Source of the DNA: a virus
Lineage: Duplodnaviria > Caudoviricetes
Virus record (IMG/VR): IMGVR_UViG_3300021399_000143
Location: 1-64,000 of that record
Length of the DNA stretch: 64,000 nucleotides
Direction: 5' to 3' (one strand)
The notes under the pieces are model-generated. The model was not told the DNA's origin, searched no databases, and saw only the letters and a list, made by a program, of their open reading frames with translations. The translations under genes were made by a program, and so were the position numbers. The stretch's first letter is position 1; every line of letters starts with the position of its first letter. Below, piece by piece: positions 61,459 to 64,000 of this stretch.

Positions 61459-63373
61459 TGTTTGTTTCTCCTTCGTCCTAATCCCGCACTATGCGTGAAA
61501 TGTTATCCTGCTTCTGAACCACCATCATCTGGGTCTCTGGCATGTCCTTGAACATGGTCTCGACCTCTCCACGGTGGGAGATGATGGAGATGTTCGTGTT
61601 CTCCTTCTGAGAAAGTTGAAGCAATATGCCCAGCAACTTCTGAATCGACACACTGTCCAACGCCCTGTCAACAACCTCGTCTATAATCATTATGTTCATG
61701 CAGACGTTGAACCTGGAGATGAGGAACTTTCTAAACGCCAATTGGGACGATATGATGAGCTTCATCTGCTCTCCAAGCGAAAGGTTGGGGAAATCCAACT
61801 CTCCACCACTGGACTGAATCTCGTAGTCGTTCATGTCGCTTGTGAGATTGCAGGTGAAATTGACGCAAAGCTCCGAAAGATTGGCGTTTATCATTGCGTT
61901 GATTGAGGATACAACCCGTGATATGATGTTCTTCTTGATTGCGTCAGGTGAGACTATCTCAGAACCAACCTTGAGCAAGCAAAGGTGCATTGCCTCGTCC
62001 TTAAGTTGCTTCTCCACTTCCTCAATGTCCCTCAACGTCTGCTTATACACGTCATATGAAGGTATCTTGTCCTCGTTCTCCATTGAATCCATCAAGTCAG
62101 CAACCTTGCGCTCCAAGTCCTTTATGGACTTCAACAATTGGGACTTCTGGAACTGAAGGTTGCGTTCCTCAACTTGCGTCTCAGAAAGCTCGCCAATCTT
62201 CGCCAATTCCTCTGACTTGAGCTTGTCGTCATAGACCTTCACCTTGGCTAGTTGCTGACTACAATTCGCAATCTTCTCGTTCTCTTGGTCTATTTGGGAG
62301 TTCAACTTCTCTATCTCGTCCCTATACACATCCAACGAATAGAACTTGTTGACAACTTGCTTGCAATCGTCGCAAATCATTCCGAGGACTTCCTTGTGCT
62401 TGTTCAATTCCCTCTGATGGTGCGAGATTGTCGTGTTGTAGTTGTTTATCTCAATCTTCGCATTGGTCATCACGTCATTGCACTTGGAAATGACTTCATC
62501 AAGCTTCATCTTGTTCTCGCGTATCTTCGCCAACGCCTCCTCTATGACCTTCCTCTGCTCCTCGATCCCCTTGAACTTTGGACCGAAGCCTTGCACCTTC
62601 TCTTCAAGAACGGACTTCTCCTTGTTCGTCTCTGCAATCTGGTCGTTGACGCTGGCCTTGTACCTCTCAATGCTTTCCTCGCAAACCTCCTTGGTCTTGG
62701 CATACTTCATCTGATTCACCTTGAGGTTCTGAAGCACCATGTTCTTGGACTTCATGTCGTCGCCCATCATCTTGTACATCTTGGAATAGATGGAAGTGTC
62801 GAACAAAGTCTCCACGAAATCCCTCTTCTGCCCGGCATTCAACTTGAAGAAGTTGTACTTGTCGTCAACAGAAAGCATGACCAGGCGCTGATACATCTCG
62901 AAGTTCATGAACAGAACATTGTCCTCAATGTACTTCTGTGTATTCGCTGACGAAGACTTGGATATGTCCTTCCAATCACCATCTTTCAAGATAAGCAATT
63001 GAAGCACAACTGTAGAAGAACCCTTCTGAATCCCACGAATTATCTTCCAATGCTTCACGTCAGTATTTGATATGATTGAATCAACCTCAACGGACACAAA
63101 CATCTTCCAATTGCCCCTCAATTCGTCCGCATACTTGTTCTTCAAGTTGGAATTGTGTATCTTGCCATACAACTGACCAAAGAGCGAATACATGAGGGCA
63201 TGAGACAAAGCTGACTTTCCTGAGCCATTTGAGGTGTTGCCCAAAGTGGTCTCAGTGTCCTTGTTCTTACCCTTGATTAGCACAAGCCTGTTCGTATTGT
63301 CAAAATCCCATTCCTCATCCTGAAACGACAGGAAGTTGTGTATGTCAATCTTCTTTACCTTTACTCTGACCAT
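61448..63373 (-). CDS. Recombination endonuclease ATPase subunit (T4 gp46/SbcC/Rad50-like)
   Basis: Walker A NGSGKS, CxxC hook, LSLGE signature, IIDE, ISH; terminal TAG 61478 then backup TGA 61448. Confidence 0.9.
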
Positions 63374-63409
63374 TTGTGATGAAATCCTTGCAATGCTCTC
63401 CTTGTTTCA

Positions 63410-63441
63410 ATTATACCATTATTGACATATAATTGTAAATA
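63410..63441. promoter_or_regulatory. Overlapping divergent promoters: sigma70 TTTACA-18-TATAAT (-) and late TGTAAATA (+)
   Basis: Between gp46 and the 63450 gene. Confidence 0.6.
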
Positions 63442-63449
63442 CTACTACG

Positions 63450-63980
63450 ATGTATTGGAAACGACTATACAATGAATCTGATGGTGAAGTCCAGACTTTG
63501 CCAGTAGAGGTGTCGATGAGGGAACTGAAGTTGATTCAGAACTATCTGACGAAAGGCAAGCCCCTTAACGACCCATCAAACAGAGAATGCCAAGAACTCG
63601 TAATTAGGATTCTCAAGGGATTGGTGGAGAACGCTGACATAGAAAAACTTGACATCTATGTTTCCAATGTCCTGCACGAGAACTTTGGCGTTGAGGTTGA
63701 TTTAGATCCCTATGGAGAGAACTCTGCAATTGAACTGGCAGAGAATGGGATGATTCCAATGTCAAATTGCAAATATTCACAACTATGCCAAGATGGGGAA
63801 TACAAGGACTTGATTCAAGGTGGATTCTGGAACCCTGACACTGGCATATTGGAGGAGGGGTTCATAGAGGTGGAGGACATGAACCTCATACTGCAAGAAA
63901 TGACATTTGAGAAGGACATAGACACGATACAATTGAAGAAAGATGGCAAGGTTGCCAAGCTTCTGCTGACATTCAAATGA
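63450..63980 (+). CDS. Hypothetical protein
   Basis: 176 aa ORF 9 nt below a late motif. Confidence 0.7.
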   Translation: MYWKRLYNESDGEVQTLPVEVSMRELKLIQNYLTKGKPLNDPSNRECQELVIRILKGLVENADIEKLDIYVSNVLHENFGVEVDLDPYGENSAIELAENGMIPMSNCKYSQLCQDGEYKDLIQGGFWNPDTGILEEGFIEVEDMNLILQEMTFEKDIDTIQLKKDGKVAKLLLTFK

Positions 63981-64000
63981 GGAGACGAACTACAATGAAA

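Noticed and set aside
1-64000. CRISPR array, DGR, intron/intein, IS element, suppressor tRNA(CUA), release factor
   Set aside because: None recognised by eye; short repeats (e.g. 59750-59780) are coding low-complexity; the recoding machinery must lie outside the window or in the host

Overview
64 kb from a large T4-like (myovirus/jumbo-type) bacteriophage genome; no CRISPR array, IS or rRNA seen. The supplied ORF track (standard code) fragments many genes because TAG behaves as a sense codon, most likely Gln (code 15). I traced about 58 in-frame TAGs by hand. Reading them through fuses the fragments into full-length, tightly packed genes ending in TAA/TGA, and restores recognisable domains (gp19 tail tube, gp25 wedge, tail-collar fibre, metacaspase, gp55 late sigma factor). 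The TAGs are almost entirely confined to late/structural operons preceded by a T4-like late-promoter motif KGTAAATA. The sigma70-driven early blocks (about 8.9-21.2 kb and 33.5-41.4 kb) and replication genes (RNase H/5'-3' exonuclease, Dda-like helicase, gp46 body, adenine MTase) have no internal TAG that I found. The late sigma factor gene has a sigma70-type promoter but two TAGs upstream of its conserved core, so the late programme may be gated by the code switch. The window also encodes a one-piece tmRNA with an atypical T-loop, tRNA-Arg(TCT), a tRNA-like RNA and two tandem paralogue arrays. I found no suppressor tRNA(CUA) or release factor in the window. Family assignments are by motif recognition only; no searches were run.
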